Positions 37,623-47,055 of a stretch of DNA of 64,000 bases are shown piece by piece. The stretch is taken from positions 129,649 to 193,648 of the forward strand of contig JACPRW010000003.1 in NCBI GenBank assembly GCA_016193585.1, in the 5' to 3' direction. The DNA comes from Candidatus Aenigmatarchaeota archaeon (GTDB lineage Archaea; Aenigmatarchaeota; Aenigmatarchaeia; GW2011-AR5). How positions within the stretch are numbered: position 1 is the stretch's first letter; each line of letters starts with the position of its first letter. Below the pieces are notes generated by a model. The model was not told where the DNA came from and ran no database searches. It saw nothing but the letters and a program-made list of their open reading frames with translations. A program made the position numbers and the translations under genes.

Positions 37623-37850
37623 CTACCAGATAGATTGTTTCGGCCTCTCTTCCAGTGATGCAAGGCGCGGGTCTATAAGAGGCGACAGTTCAGGAATTCT
37701 CAATCCATTGTACGTAGGACATACCTCATACGATTCCGGTCCTCCTATTCCCCACCGTTCCATGAGATCCGGGTAACACCCTAACATCGGTCTCCCGCCG
37801 CGCACACAGTAATTGCCACTGTTCCTCCAGTAACGGCATTTCCCATCCAT
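37623..37850 (-). CDS. Hypothetical Cys-containing small protein.
   Basis: ORF only. Confidence 0.3.
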   Translation of the reverse strand: MDGKCRYWRNSGNYCVRGGRPMLGCYPDLMERWGIGGPESYEVCPTYNGLRIPELSPLIDPRLASLEERPKQSIW

Positions 37851-38194
37851 TGCTCACAACCTCCTATTTCGTGCAGTTTCCCATCTAGCTGGTTATCGCG
37901 CTGCGCACGAAGGCGCAGCTTACGCAAAAAAGAAAAACATGAAACCTACTTTGGAAAAGTTAGACAGGAAACTATGAGCATGACGACTACTTCTGCATGT
38001 CGTCAGCATAGAAATTGGTACGGCATCAATCCTCGCCTTCTGTACTTTTGCAGGAATAACTATTAAAAACTTCCCACCAGAGTCCCACGCAGAGGGGCTG
38101 TACATGAATGTCAAAAGAACGCCCCCGGTACTAGCAGCGGAAAAGAAATTATTGATGGCATTGCGGATGACAATAGAATCTCCACATCAGCATC

Positions 38195-38291
38195 TTATAG
38201 CAGATTGTAATAATAATGGAACTTTTAGCTGCAATCTGCTATATGGAAAGAACATTGTAAAATGTTCCAAAATCAATGTTCTTTACTATTA
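38195..38291 (+). repeat. R2 family repeat, copy 2.
   Basis: About 95% identical to copy 1. Differences fall mostly in loops. Confidence 0.7.
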
Positions 38292-38473
38292 GGAGCTACT
38301 ATCGCACGCGCATTCTGTTACGCAACGTGAATTACGCTTGCATGGCTGGCAGATACCGTATGATGGACCGACGGATTCCTTGCATAGCGTTGTTGATGAG
38401 GCGGTAGAGAAGGCAAGGCAAAAGGGCTGGCAGGCTTATTAACATTAAAAGCTAATTCACGATTGATACACAT

Positions 38474-39982
38474 ATGACCGCCGACAAGATCGAGGACGTC
38501 GCGAAGCGCCGCGGCTTCTTCTTCCCCTCGTCAGAGATATACGGCGGCATGTCGGGCTTCTACGACTACGGGCATCTCGGCACGCTCATGAAGCGCAAGT
38601 TCGAAAGCGTATGGAAACGTCACTTTCTTTCCCTCAGCGACAATTTCTACGAGATAGAAACGAGCGACATCATGCCCGAGAGCGTGTTCGTTGCGTCAGG
38701 TCATCTGCAGAACTTCGTCGACCCGATGGTCAAATGCAGCAGGTGCGGCAACACCGAGCGCGCCGACCATGTGCTCGAGGACGTGCTCAAGGAAAGTTTT
38801 GAGGGTCTCACGGCAAAGGAACTCACCGGCATCATAAAAAAGCACGGCATAAAATGCGAGAAATGCAAGGGGCAGCTCGAGGATGTCGGCATACTCAACA
38901 TGATGTTCCCCGTCGTTGTCGGCACCGTCAAGGAAGCCAAGGCATATCTGCGTCCTGAGACAGCGCAGGGCGCATATGTTAATTTCTCCCGCGCATGGGA
39001 GCATCTGCGCCGGCAGCTGCCGCTGGGGCTGGCGATCATAGGCAAGGCGTACCGGAACGAGATATCACCGAGAAACGTTCTGGTCAGGATGCGCGAATTC
39101 ACGCAGGCAGAGCTGCAGATATTCTTCGACCCCGATACAATCGCCGTGCATGAAGATTTCGAGGCAGTGAAGGACTGTAAGCTCAGGTTGTTCCCTATCG
39201 GCAGCAGGAAAGCGAACAACGTTGAGGAAACAACGTGCGGCGAACTTGCAAAGAAGCTGCCAAAGTTTTATGTGTACCACCTTGCGAAGATACAGGAGTT
39301 TTATCTCGATGTCCTGAAGTTGCCCAGGGACAAGTTCAGGTTCAAGGAGCTCAGCGAAGAGGAGCGGGCTTTCTACAATAAGTATCACTGGGACATACAG
39401 GTCCAGATGAATGCAGGCTGGACTGAGATAGGCGGCCTGCACTATCGGACTGACCACGACCTTTCAGGGCATGCAAAGGTTTCCAAGAAAGACATGTCTG
39501 TCAACATCGAAGGACGAAAATTCGTTCCCCACGTGCTGGAAATCAGCATGGGTGTCGACCGGAACGTGTTTGCGCTGCTCGAGCTGGGCTATCGGCAGGA
39601 AAAGGAACGGGATGTCTTTGAATTGCCAAGGCTTCTCGCACCGTTTGATGCAGCCGTCTTTCCCTTGGTAAACCGCGATGGCATGCAGGAAAAGGCACAG
39701 GAGATAAAGAAAACGTTAGAGAAAGCAAAATTCACTGTCTTCTACGACGATTCAGGAAGCATCGGCAGGCGCTACAGGAGAATGGACGAGGTCGGCGTGC
39801 CGCTGTGCATCACCATCGACAGCGAAACGCTGGGCGGCGGCACGGTCACGCTGCGCGACCGCGACTCGATGAAGCAGGTGCACGTAGCGGTAAGCGAGCT
39901 TGCTGAACAAGTTGACATGTTTCTTCACGGCGCGCGGGTGGAAGATGTGGGAGAGGTGGTCAAGAAAAGCAAGGCGGAGTGA
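38474..39982 (+). CDS. glyS: Glycyl-tRNA synthetase (archaeal/eukaryotic-type class II).
   Basis: Class II motifs and an anticodon-binding C-terminal domain. N-terminus MTADKIEDVAKRRGFFFPSSEIYGG. Confidence 0.9.
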   Translation: MTADKIEDVAKRRGFFFPSSEIYGGMSGFYDYGHLGTLMKRKFESVWKRHFLSLSDNFYEIETSDIMPESVFVASGHLQNFVDPMVKCSRCGNTERADHVLEDVLKESFEGLTAKELTGIIKKHGIKCEKCKGQLEDVGILNMMFPVVVGTVKEAKAYLRPETAQGAYVNFSRAWEHLRRQLPLGLAIIGKAYRNEISPRNVLVRMREFTQAELQIFFDPDTIAVHEDFEAVKDCKLRLFPIGSRKANNVEETTCGELAKKLPKFYVYHLAKIQEFYLDVLKLPRDKFRFKELSEEERAFYNKYHWDIQVQMNAGWTEIGGLHYRTDHDLSGHAKVSKKDMSVNIEGRKFVPHVLEISMGVDRNVFALLELGYRQEKERDVFELPRLLAPFDAAVFPLVNRDGMQEKAQEIKKTLEKAKFTVFYDDSGSIGRRYRRMDEVGVPLCITIDSETLGGGTVTLRDRDSMKQVHVAVSELAEQVDMFLHGARVEDVGEVVKKSKAE

Positions 39983-39987
39983 GCGGG

Positions 39988-41109
39988 TTAACGCATCTTT
40001 TGCAGTTCCTTCGATTTTTTCGACCGTTCGTGTTGACGGACCTTGTCATGTTTTTTACAGAACTCGCGCTCGAGATTGTTCATCGACTCTTGCGTGGCGG
40101 TAACGAGTTCCCAGCCTTTCGCTTTTGTAGATATGAACGTGCCAAGCTGCGTCGGCAGCTGCACATGGACCGAGTACTGCGTCTTGCCGCCATGCTGTAT
40201 GCGCTCTACAGTTATTTTCATCGGTTGTATTTCCGTCACGTGCGAAATCCTTCGTATGGTTTCGCTTGCCGCCTGGTGGATTTTGTACACGTCGAGCGGA
40301 GACTCGTCTTTCAGCCCGGTGATTTGCAAATAGGCGAGTTTTTTCGGCTTCACGAGCATGCGCAGGATGTCTTTCGGGGTCACGATGCCGAGCATGCCAT
40401 TTTGGACCACGACCTCGTCATGTTCTCTGAGCAATGAAAGTATTTCCTTTATCTGCGTATCCGGTTTGACGAGGCACGGTTCGCGCATGAACGCCTTTAC
40501 CGATGTTTGGTTAAGATTGACCGGCTCCTTGTAGCCTCTGTCACGGCCGCGGAAAGCCGCCCGCCCCCCAAACCGCTCTTTGCCGGGTTCCAGAAGCGGA
40601 ATGAGGTCCAATGAGCAGACGATGCCGGTGCATTTCCCCTGTTTTACAACAGGCACGCGCGAAACATTCTCGCGCCGCATAATCTCCCTGACCTTGCCGA
40701 CATTGTCGCCCTCGTCGACGTACACGGCATCCTGCATGGCATCAGGCAGCGGATGGCCAGCCTTCACGAATTTCACAATGTCGGTCTCTGAAACGATTCC
40801 CTGCAGCTCCCCGTCGTAGACGGGCAGGGCGCGCACATTGGAATTAAGGATGAGTTCCGCTGCATCTTCGATGCTTGTTTCAGGCTTTACTGACGGGCAG
40901 GAAGCCATGAGGGCATCGACCTTCGTTGTCGAAGGATCAGTTTCTCTCTTGATAATCGCATCAAGCGTTATCATGCCGGCTATTTGCTTCTTTTCGATCA
41001 CCGGGAGCTGGTGTATTTTCCTTGTCCGCATGATGGAAAGGACTTTCGACAGGGTGTCGTCCCTGCTGCACGTCGCCACGTTTTTTGTCATGATGTCGCT
41101 TGCCTGCAT
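39988..41109 (-). CDS. CBS-domain-containing protein (four CBS motifs plus a C-terminal extension).
   Basis: Repeated CBS pair pattern. Confidence 0.8.
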   Translation of the reverse strand: MQASDIMTKNVATCSRDDTLSKVLSIMRTRKIHQLPVIEKKQIAGMITLDAIIKRETDPSTTKVDALMASCPSVKPETSIEDAAELILNSNVRALPVYDGELQGIVSETDIVKFVKAGHPLPDAMQDAVYVDEGDNVGKVREIMRRENVSRVPVVKQGKCTGIVCSLDLIPLLEPGKERFGGRAAFRGRDRGYKEPVNLNQTSVKAFMREPCLVKPDTQIKEILSLLREHDEVVVQNGMLGIVTPKDILRMLVKPKKLAYLQITGLKDESPLDVYKIHQAASETIRRISHVTEIQPMKITVERIQHGGKTQYSVHVQLPTQLGTFISTKAKGWELVTATQESMNNLEREFCKKHDKVRQHERSKKSKELQKMR

Positions 41110-41141
41110 AGGTATCGCATCTATTTACAAATCGAAGTATT

Positions 41142-41385
41142 TATAGTGAACCAAGTAAATAATCAGGTATTATAGCAATACAAGGGAATAAACACGATAT
41201 TACTTCCTTGTTTGCTATATGTGAAACAAGAAGTGATATGCCGATATTATTTTCTTGTTTCACTATATATCTTGGTTCACTTACACGCAAAAAGCAAAGC
41301 TTTTTGGTGCACCGGAAAACGTTGTTTTCCGCGTGTAGCGGACAACAAAAGTAATATGTCGGTATTCTTTTGTTGGTCCACTATA
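41142..41385 (+). repeat. R1 family repeat, copy 6 (long variant) carrying a nested insertion of a different hairpin element (family R4, about 41175-41267) inside its first hairpin loop.
   Basis: R1 termini and hairpins are intact around an about 92-bp insert. The insert contains caaggga...tccttg and gtgaaacaag...cttgtttcac hairpins. Confidence 0.7.
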
Positions 41386-41425
41386 TACGCTCGCATTTCT
41401 GTGACGAGAAACAGTGCAGAAGCGA

Positions 41426-42061
41426 TCAAGGCTTATGACGGGTGATTTGATAAAAGGTCACGTCTCCTTCGTTATCCACAATCGCCCACAGCATCCGCGC
41501 CCGTATGTTGTGCGCCAGCCGCACCGAGCGCGACAGTTCCTGGAAGGACATCGTGAAATCCTCGGGAACGCAGAAGACGATCCATTTGGTGTGCTCTTTG
41601 GCGCTTTTCGGGCCCTTTTTCAGCTGGACGCCCCGTTCATAGACGCGGAAATCGACGCCGAACTTGAAGCCTGTCCGCACGAGCAAGCCGCGCTCGCGCA
41701 GGTCCTCATACACGCGGTAGCGGTGCGAAAAGCGCTTGTCAAGGGAAGCTGCGTGTTCGTACAATTCTTGGAACTTCATGGGCTCATTATTCCTGAGAAC
41801 ACGAATACGCCCGCGCTTCAGGAGCAGGCATGCCTCTACGAGGGCGAGCTCAAGGCGGTCGCCAAGCTGCTTGCCATAGAAACCGGGTTCATAGACCTGC
41901 TGCCATTTGTCCCAGGCAAATACCTTGTCTTCCTCGAGCTTCGTGTCGATGATTTCCTTCGGCGCTTCCCACTCGACGTACTCCGCTTTCTGCTGGTCCT
42001 CTTCCCAAGCCTCTTCCTCTGTTTTCTGAGCTTCATGGGGTCTTTTTTTCTTTTTGCTCAT
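41426..42061 (-). CDS. endA: tRNA-splicing endonuclease subunit (EndA family).
   Basis: C-terminal catalytic domain pattern (GFKFGVDFRVYERG ... HTKWIVFCV ... RLAHNIRARMLWAIVD). Confidence 0.8.
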   Translation of the reverse strand: MSKKKKRPHEAQKTEEEAWEEDQQKAEYVEWEAPKEIIDTKLEEDKVFAWDKWQQVYEPGFYGKQLGDRLELALVEACLLLKRGRIRVLRNNEPMKFQELYEHAASLDKRFSHRYRVYEDLRERGLLVRTGFKFGVDFRVYERGVQLKKGPKSAKEHTKWIVFCVPEDFTMSFQELSRSVRLAHNIRARMLWAIVDNEGDVTFYQITRHKP

Positions 42062-42233
42062 GACATCACATCATTGTATGTATGTTCGGATAGTCAGTTT
42101 ACTCAGCTTCTGTAGTGATACGTGCTGCACGCTAAGAAGGCGGGACTGGCAGATACGTCAATCCTTTCACCTCTTACCGTCTGTACTTAGAACCAAACGG
42201 TTTTAAGCTTACAGAAGCTCCAACGCGGCAGGT

Positions 42234-42779
42234 TCAGGACGATGAGGCAAAAGACACTTCGCCTGATGTGCAGTTTATAGAGGAACTGCCGACGCATACT
42301 ATCTTGCCCGCGCTTATGTTCCACTCGGCTACCTCGATACCCGGCCTGCAGCACACGTCCTTGACCGAGCTGCGCACGAGCAGTTCGTAGTCGTTCTGGA
42401 CAGAAACAAGCTTCCCTGCCGTCGCCTTGGTCTGTGTCTCGCAGGTGCTGAGCATCGTCGACAATTCGTCGGTCTTGGCTTTGCACGAGGCGAATGCAGT
42501 TTCGCCGGACTTTCGTTCGGCTTCGCAGTACGCAAGAGTTTTGTTCACGGTGACGAGGATAGTTTCGCAGCGGTCGCGTTCCGCGTTCGTCCGCTGGAGC
42601 GTGTTCTGCGTTTCATTGAGCACTGTTTCGAGGCTCGATGCGCGCGTGAGCCAGCCGGTGATGCTGAGCGTGGCGGTATAAAATATATACAGCGAAAATG
42701 CAGCAATGGCGGCGATGAGGAGGGTTTTGGGCTTTATTTTTTCGGTTACTCGTGAAACCCCCCGGTACCGGTAGCCCAT
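42234..42779 (-). CDS. Membrane-anchored hypothetical protein with a coiled-coil and a Cys-rich C-terminus.
   Basis: Start moved to M20 so that the CDS does not overlap tRNA-Phe. Confidence 0.45.
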   Translation of the reverse strand: MGYRYRGVSRVTEKIKPKTLLIAAIAAFSLYIFYTATLSITGWLTRASSLETVLNETQNTLQRTNAERDRCETILVTVNKTLAYCEAERKSGETAFASCKAKTDELSTMLSTCETQTKATAGKLVSVQNDYELLVRSSVKDVCCRPGIEVAEWNISAGKIVCVGSSSINCTSGEVSFASSS

Positions 42780-42810
42780 GCGTACTCTTGAGGCTGCAGG
42801 GATAAAAAGG

Positions 42811-42884
42811 ATGGGACAGGTGCGATTTGAACGCACGACAGCACGGTCTTCAGCCGTGTGCTCTCCCAGGCTGAGCTACTGTCC
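42811..42884 (-). tRNA. tRNA-Phe (anticodon GAA), intron-less.
   Basis: Perfect cloverleaf: gggacag/ctgtccc, gctc/gagc, cacgg-cuGAAga-ccgtg, gtgcg-ttcaaat-cgcac. Confidence 0.9.
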
Positions 42885-42886
42885 CA

Positions 42887-42990
42887 GCGCCTCCGGCAGG
42901 ACTCGAACCTGCGACCACCTGATTAACAGTTTCACCCAACCTTTTATCGCTGAAAGGTTGACAGGTGCTCTACCTGCTGAGCTACAGAGG
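42887..42990 (-). tRNA. tRNA, probably Asn(GUU), 104 nt, with an about 31-nt intron located at the anticodon stem/loop junction (non-canonical position). It lies 2 nt from tRNA-Phe.
   Basis: Acceptor gcctctg/cggaggc, D-arm gctc/gagc, T-arm gcagg-ttcgagt-cctgc. The only 7-nt loop with U33 obtainable by removing one contiguous segment is cuGUUaa. The intron contains an aaccttt...aaaggtt helix. Confidence 0.6.
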
Positions 42991-43018
42991 CTTCGTTTAG
43001 TTTTATTGAGGAAAGCAT

Positions 43019-43115
43019 ATATAGTGAACCAAGTAAATAATCAGGTATTATATCTTGGTTCACTTATAGCGGACAACAAAAGTAATATGTCGGTATTCTT
43101 TTGTTGATCCACTAT
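43019..43115 (+). repeat. R1 family repeat, copy 7.
   Basis: Immediately 5' of the tRNA pair. Confidence 0.75.
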
Positions 43116-43338
43116 ATAAAGAATTCAAAGGAAACGGATTTTCAAGAAATCGGAGACGAATATTCCCCGAAACACTGGAAAGCGAAAGGCTTTCTGAACG
43201 AGTCTACGCGGTCTACGGCAAAAAATCGCCCTTCTTGAGCTTCTGCGGCAGGTAGGTTTCGCCCATGAACTTCAGGCCGCGGTATACAATCCTAAAACTG
43301 AGAAATGGTTAAGAGATTTCTGTGTAGAATGTCTTAAC

Positions 43339-43821
43339 TTGGAAGGAATAAGAAAAATGAAAATCAGTCAGAGAGAACATGGGGGCTATATTGTATTATC
43401 GAGCTGGGCTAACTATTACAGAATGTGGAAATTAGGTATTTTTGATGGATGTGCAAGGAAAAAAGTGAAATTCCTTAAAATATTTGCCAATACAAAAATA
43501 TGCTGCAAAATCGAGGAAAAAACAAGACTCAGAATTTTTTCCGGAGACCAGAATGCATTAGCAAAAAGACTTGGAACATATCAGGCAACGATTTCTAATA
43601 TGAAAACCGGAAGTAAAAGAAATATGTGGCCTACTGTAGATCACATTAAACAATTATCAGAAATCAGCAAAATAAATCTGGACGAAATAAAACAAAATAT
43701 AACACACGTGAGATTCGGAAGTCTAATTATTTTAGAATCAAACAAGGAACTGTTAAATGATGTTTTTAGTCTAAGAAATCCTTCTTCTTTATCTTCTCAG
43801 GAAGGTATTGTTCGGACATAA
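43339..43821 (+). CDS. Hypothetical protein with an XRE-type HTH (QNALAKRLGTYQATISNMKTG). Low-GC gene.
   Basis: ORF plus HTH motif. About 35% GC against about 60% for neighbouring genes. Confidence 0.5.
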   Translation: MEGIRKMKISQREHGGYIVLSSWANYYRMWKLGIFDGCARKKVKFLKIFANTKICCKIEEKTRLRIFSGDQNALAKRLGTYQATISNMKTGSKRNMWPTVDHIKQLSEISKINLDEIKQNITHVRFGSLIILESNKELLNDVFSLRNPSSLSSQEGIVRT

Positions 43822-44839
43822 ATTTTAGGCCTCTGTGTGAAAGCGCCTCTATCTCGGCTTTAATCCCTTTTTCTATCATCAAATTTATTTCTTTCTGCCA
43901 TCGCGGTTTCTGGAACCACTCATACTTAAGCAATTCTTTTGCACGTTTTATGTCTACATCTTTTGCTTTGATTGTGGCCTTCTTGAGGTCATACTCAAAG
44001 ATGTCACTCACAGTAAGGCCAAGAAACTTTACCTCTGGGGTGCTTATTCTATCTGATACGTGGGCAAGACCCATTGATCCGAATTTTATTACAGAATAGA
44101 TATAGAAACCATAACTATCACTATCAGTCATGACGTATACTGGTAGTTTGTGTTCTCCATTCAGGCGTTGTATAAGCAATCTACAGCCCCTACTTGGCTG
44201 CCCTCCTGTTCCAATCAGTATGCACTTGTTTTTTTGCCAGAATTTGTCCTCATGGAGGCGCTCAAAGCCGGCATTCTTCTCAACGACAAGCACATAATCA
44301 GCATCAACACTCTTGAAATCTATCTCATCAACGGTGCTTGGAATGGACCAGCCGCCGGAACCGAGCTTGGACCAGTCTATGCTGTCGCCTCTGTCTATGA
44401 TTACAACGTTTCCGGCTACGATTCCTTTCCTGTCTGTTGTCAAGTGGAGCTGCTCTCTGAGCACGTCCATTGCAACCTCAAGGTCAACTATTATCGGGTC
44501 GCTTTCAGTCTGCTCATCAAAAGTATTCTCGTTGCTTTCAGGGAAAGTCCTTTTTAGGTTGTAGTACATATCTCTGATGCTTGTGTGTATCCCTTCGTCA
44601 ATCAAATGCTTGGAAAATGAAGCTACCATGAGGGTCTGCATGAATTTCTTGCTGTGGGCGACATTGAAGTAATATCTTTTGGATGTTTTGTTCCCAAGGC
44701 TTAGCTGGCGGGTTTTCTTGTCAAAAATTATGTTGGAAAGGCCGCGTATAGGTATTTCTATGTAAGGATTTTCCTTCTTTTCAATGTCGGTCAGGACTTT
44801 TTCGCCCAGTTGTGAAAATTCTTTCTTGATTTCTTTCAT
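43766..44839 (-). CDS. top6A: DNA topoisomerase VI subunit A (Spo11-like).
   Basis: Winged-helix catalytic Tyr region and a Toprim motif (TDSDSYG). Downstream of top6B. Confidence 0.9.
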   Translation of the reverse strand: MKEIKKEFSQLGEKVLTDIEKKENPYIEIPIRGLSNIIFDKKTRQLSLGNKTSKRYYFNVAHSKKFMQTLMVASFSKHLIDEGIHTSIRDMYYNLKRTFPESNENTFDEQTESDPIIVDLEVAMDVLREQLHLTTDRKGIVAGNVVIIDRGDSIDWSKLGSGGWSIPSTVDEIDFKSVDADYVLVVEKNAGFERLHEDKFWQKNKCILIGTGGQPSRGCRLLIQRLNGEHKLPVYVMTDSDSYGFYIYSVIKFGSMGLAHVSDRISTPEVKFLGLTVSDIFEYDLKKATIKAKDVDIKRAKELLKYEWFQKPRWQKEINLMIEKGIKAEIEALSHRGLKFMSEQYLPEKIKKKDFLD

Positions 44840-44911
44840 AGTATCATCCTTCCTTTTAACAGCAGGAACCTAGGTTCCTTCAGTTTCAAGTTCTTCCTAA
44901 TTAAACTATTA

Positions 44912-46600
44912 CTATTCTTCCTCTTCATCTTTTTGTTTCTTCTCTTTCTTTTTCTCGGGCTCCTCAGACGGTTCGGCTTCTGGTGTCTCCTCTTCCGTCT
45001 TTGCAAACTCATTAAGGCGACTTCTGTCAGAAATAAGCTCTTTTAGCTTTTTTTCTATATCTTTCTTTGGCTTGCCAGTTAGTATTGCAAGCGCATCCGA
45101 CACTTCATCAGAATACCGATCAAAGATCTGAAGCCTTCTTTTTTCTGCGCCCACCCTTTTTTTGCCTGACAGATACAGGGAAAGTTTCCGGCCGGCGTCC
45201 TGTATTGCCAGTTTCATTTCCTTGGTGATGTCCGGATACGGCGCGATGGCTTCCTTGCTTTCTGACACGAATGGCACCCATACAGAGCACATGTGGATAA
45301 CGATAACCGCAGGGCCGGCCGGCAGTGCATTCTTCGGCTGCGCCATGCCGTAACGCTTCCAGTCGACATCCTTCATCGCCTCGGCCGTCGCGCACGCGCC
45401 CAGCTGGTAGAGCAGTGGCACGCGGTTGGCGAAGCGGATAAGCTGGACGGTATCGTCCTGGGCGAGGTCCCCGCCGTATACAATGCCGACCTCTATCTGG
45501 AACGGCATGCCGCGGTAGACTTCGGGCTCTTTGGTGACGGTCGTGACAAATTCAGCATTCGGGTATTCCTTCCTGAGGCTTTTCTCCAGTTCTGATTCGC
45601 CGATGGGCGAGAGGCAGTCGGTCGGCGGCCGCTGGATCTTCACCTTCTGCATCGCCGCGAGCAGCTTTTCAATCTGCTCGCGCGCCAGCTCGACCGGCTT
45701 CAGTTCCGGATTAAGCTTTGCCGTAGCGCAGATCTCTTTCGCGCTTTGGCTGCCGACCGAGGAAAATTCATTCGACAGGAACGACGCAAGCGTGCGCGAG
45801 CTCGTCTTGCTGAGCAGCCGCATGAGGATGCCGTATTCGACGCCGTACGGGTGGAGCTTCATTTCCTTCGGCGGCTTCGGCAGCTGGTTGAAACTGCGGG
45901 GGAATGTCATCTTTGTGCCGTCAGGGGCATGATACATGATTTTCGTTGACGGGTTGGCGATCGATGTCTGCTTCAGATAGTCGTCGACGCCCTGCGTCTT
46001 CCGGTAGCGGCCCACGACGTCCATCTCGACGCGGATGCCGTGACCATCGGAGAAGCCGTCTTTGTCGAGTACGGTTTCCTTGGTGATCTCCGGTTCGTTC
46101 TTCATCGTGTTGAGGAACAGTTCGCAGTAGTACGTTTTCTTGCCCGCGTCGGTTTTCGCCCAGACGCGCGTCGGCGCGCCTGTGGTGAGCTGTGCGTAGA
46201 GCACGCACGCGGAGATGCCGATGCCCTGCTGGCCGCGAGCCTGGCGAAGCCTATGGAACTTGCTGCCATAGAGCAGCTTGCCGAATATTTTCGGCACTTG
46301 TTCCTTGACGATTCCCGGGCCGTTGTCCTCGACACTGACACGGTACTTGTCCTCGTCAAGCTGCTTGACTTTGACGGTGATGTCCGGCAGGATGCCCGCC
46401 TCCTCGCAGGCATCGATGCTGTTGTCAACCGCCTCCTTGACCGCCATGAGCAGCGCCTTGGTCGGGTTGTCGAAGCCGAGGAGGTGCTTGTTCTTCTCGA
46501 AGAATTCGCTCACTGATATTTCCTTCTGCTCTTTCGCGAACTCCTCTGCAGTCTTCTTAAGGACTTCTGCCATGTGTTTCACCAAGGAACTTGTAGACAT
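44912..46600 (-). CDS. top6B: DNA topoisomerase VI subunit B (GHKL ATPase).
   Basis: Bergerat-fold motifs, a transducer domain and a Lys/Glu-rich C-terminal tail. Confidence 0.9.
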   Translation of the reverse strand: MSTSSLVKHMAEVLKKTAEEFAKEQKEISVSEFFEKNKHLLGFDNPTKALLMAVKEAVDNSIDACEEAGILPDITVKVKQLDEDKYRVSVEDNGPGIVKEQVPKIFGKLLYGSKFHRLRQARGQQGIGISACVLYAQLTTGAPTRVWAKTDAGKKTYYCELFLNTMKNEPEITKETVLDKDGFSDGHGIRVEMDVVGRYRKTQGVDDYLKQTSIANPSTKIMYHAPDGTKMTFPRSFNQLPKPPKEMKLHPYGVEYGILMRLLSKTSSRTLASFLSNEFSSVGSQSAKEICATAKLNPELKPVELAREQIEKLLAAMQKVKIQRPPTDCLSPIGESELEKSLRKEYPNAEFVTTVTKEPEVYRGMPFQIEVGIVYGGDLAQDDTVQLIRFANRVPLLYQLGACATAEAMKDVDWKRYGMAQPKNALPAGPAVIVIHMCSVWVPFVSESKEAIAPYPDITKEMKLAIQDAGRKLSLYLSGKKRVGAEKRRLQIFDRYSDEVSDALAILTGKPKKDIEKKLKELISDRSRLNEFAKTEEETPEAEPSEEPEKKKEKKQKDEEEE

Positions 46601-47048
46601 TTTTATGCTCGCTGCCCTTTATGAGCATTTCCAGAGCACTGCGGGCAGCTTTTACACTTTCGTAGGTGCCGATAATAGAAACTGTTTTCCCATACACGCA
46701 AATGTCCGTCTTTGACAGCCGCTCGATGTTTCGTCTTGCCTTGCCGCGGCTTCCTATAACCCTTGCTTTCACCCGAACTAAAGTATTTCGCTCCTTGGGC
46801 AGGGGGATTACGACAAGCGTCATGTCTTCGTCGCGGAGTTTCATCGAAACCAGCGGAGCGAAGCCACGGCCGATTGCGCGTATGATGTTTTCTGCAGTCA
46901 TGACATCGGTCGCCTCCCCTTCGATGGTTACCTCCTCGCCGACCTGAATAACCGTATTCGTCCTGTTTTCCACGGTTTTCTTGATTCCCCCTCTCTTCCC
47001 TATAAGAACAGCGAGTCTCTCGTCTGGTATTTTGAGCTTGCTTATCAT
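46557..47048 (-). CDS. KH-domain RNA-binding protein (two KH domains; Dim2/Pno1-like).
   Basis: GxxG loops (IGKRGG, IGSRGK). Start moved to M30 to reduce overlap with top6B. Confidence 0.75.
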   Translation of the reverse strand: MISKLKIPDERLAVLIGKRGGIKKTVENRTNTVIQVGEEVTIEGEATDVMTAENIIRAIGRGFAPLVSMKLRDEDMTLVVIPLPKERNTLVRVKARVIGSRGKARRNIERLSKTDICVYGKTVSIIGTYESVKAARSALEMLIKGSEHKNVYKFLGETHGRSP

Positions 47049-47055
47049 GCTACCA

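Noticed and set aside
37920-38114. 64-aa ORF on the - strand
   Set aside because: It lies in a hairpin-rich noncoding spacer, ends in FFFFA, and has no support.
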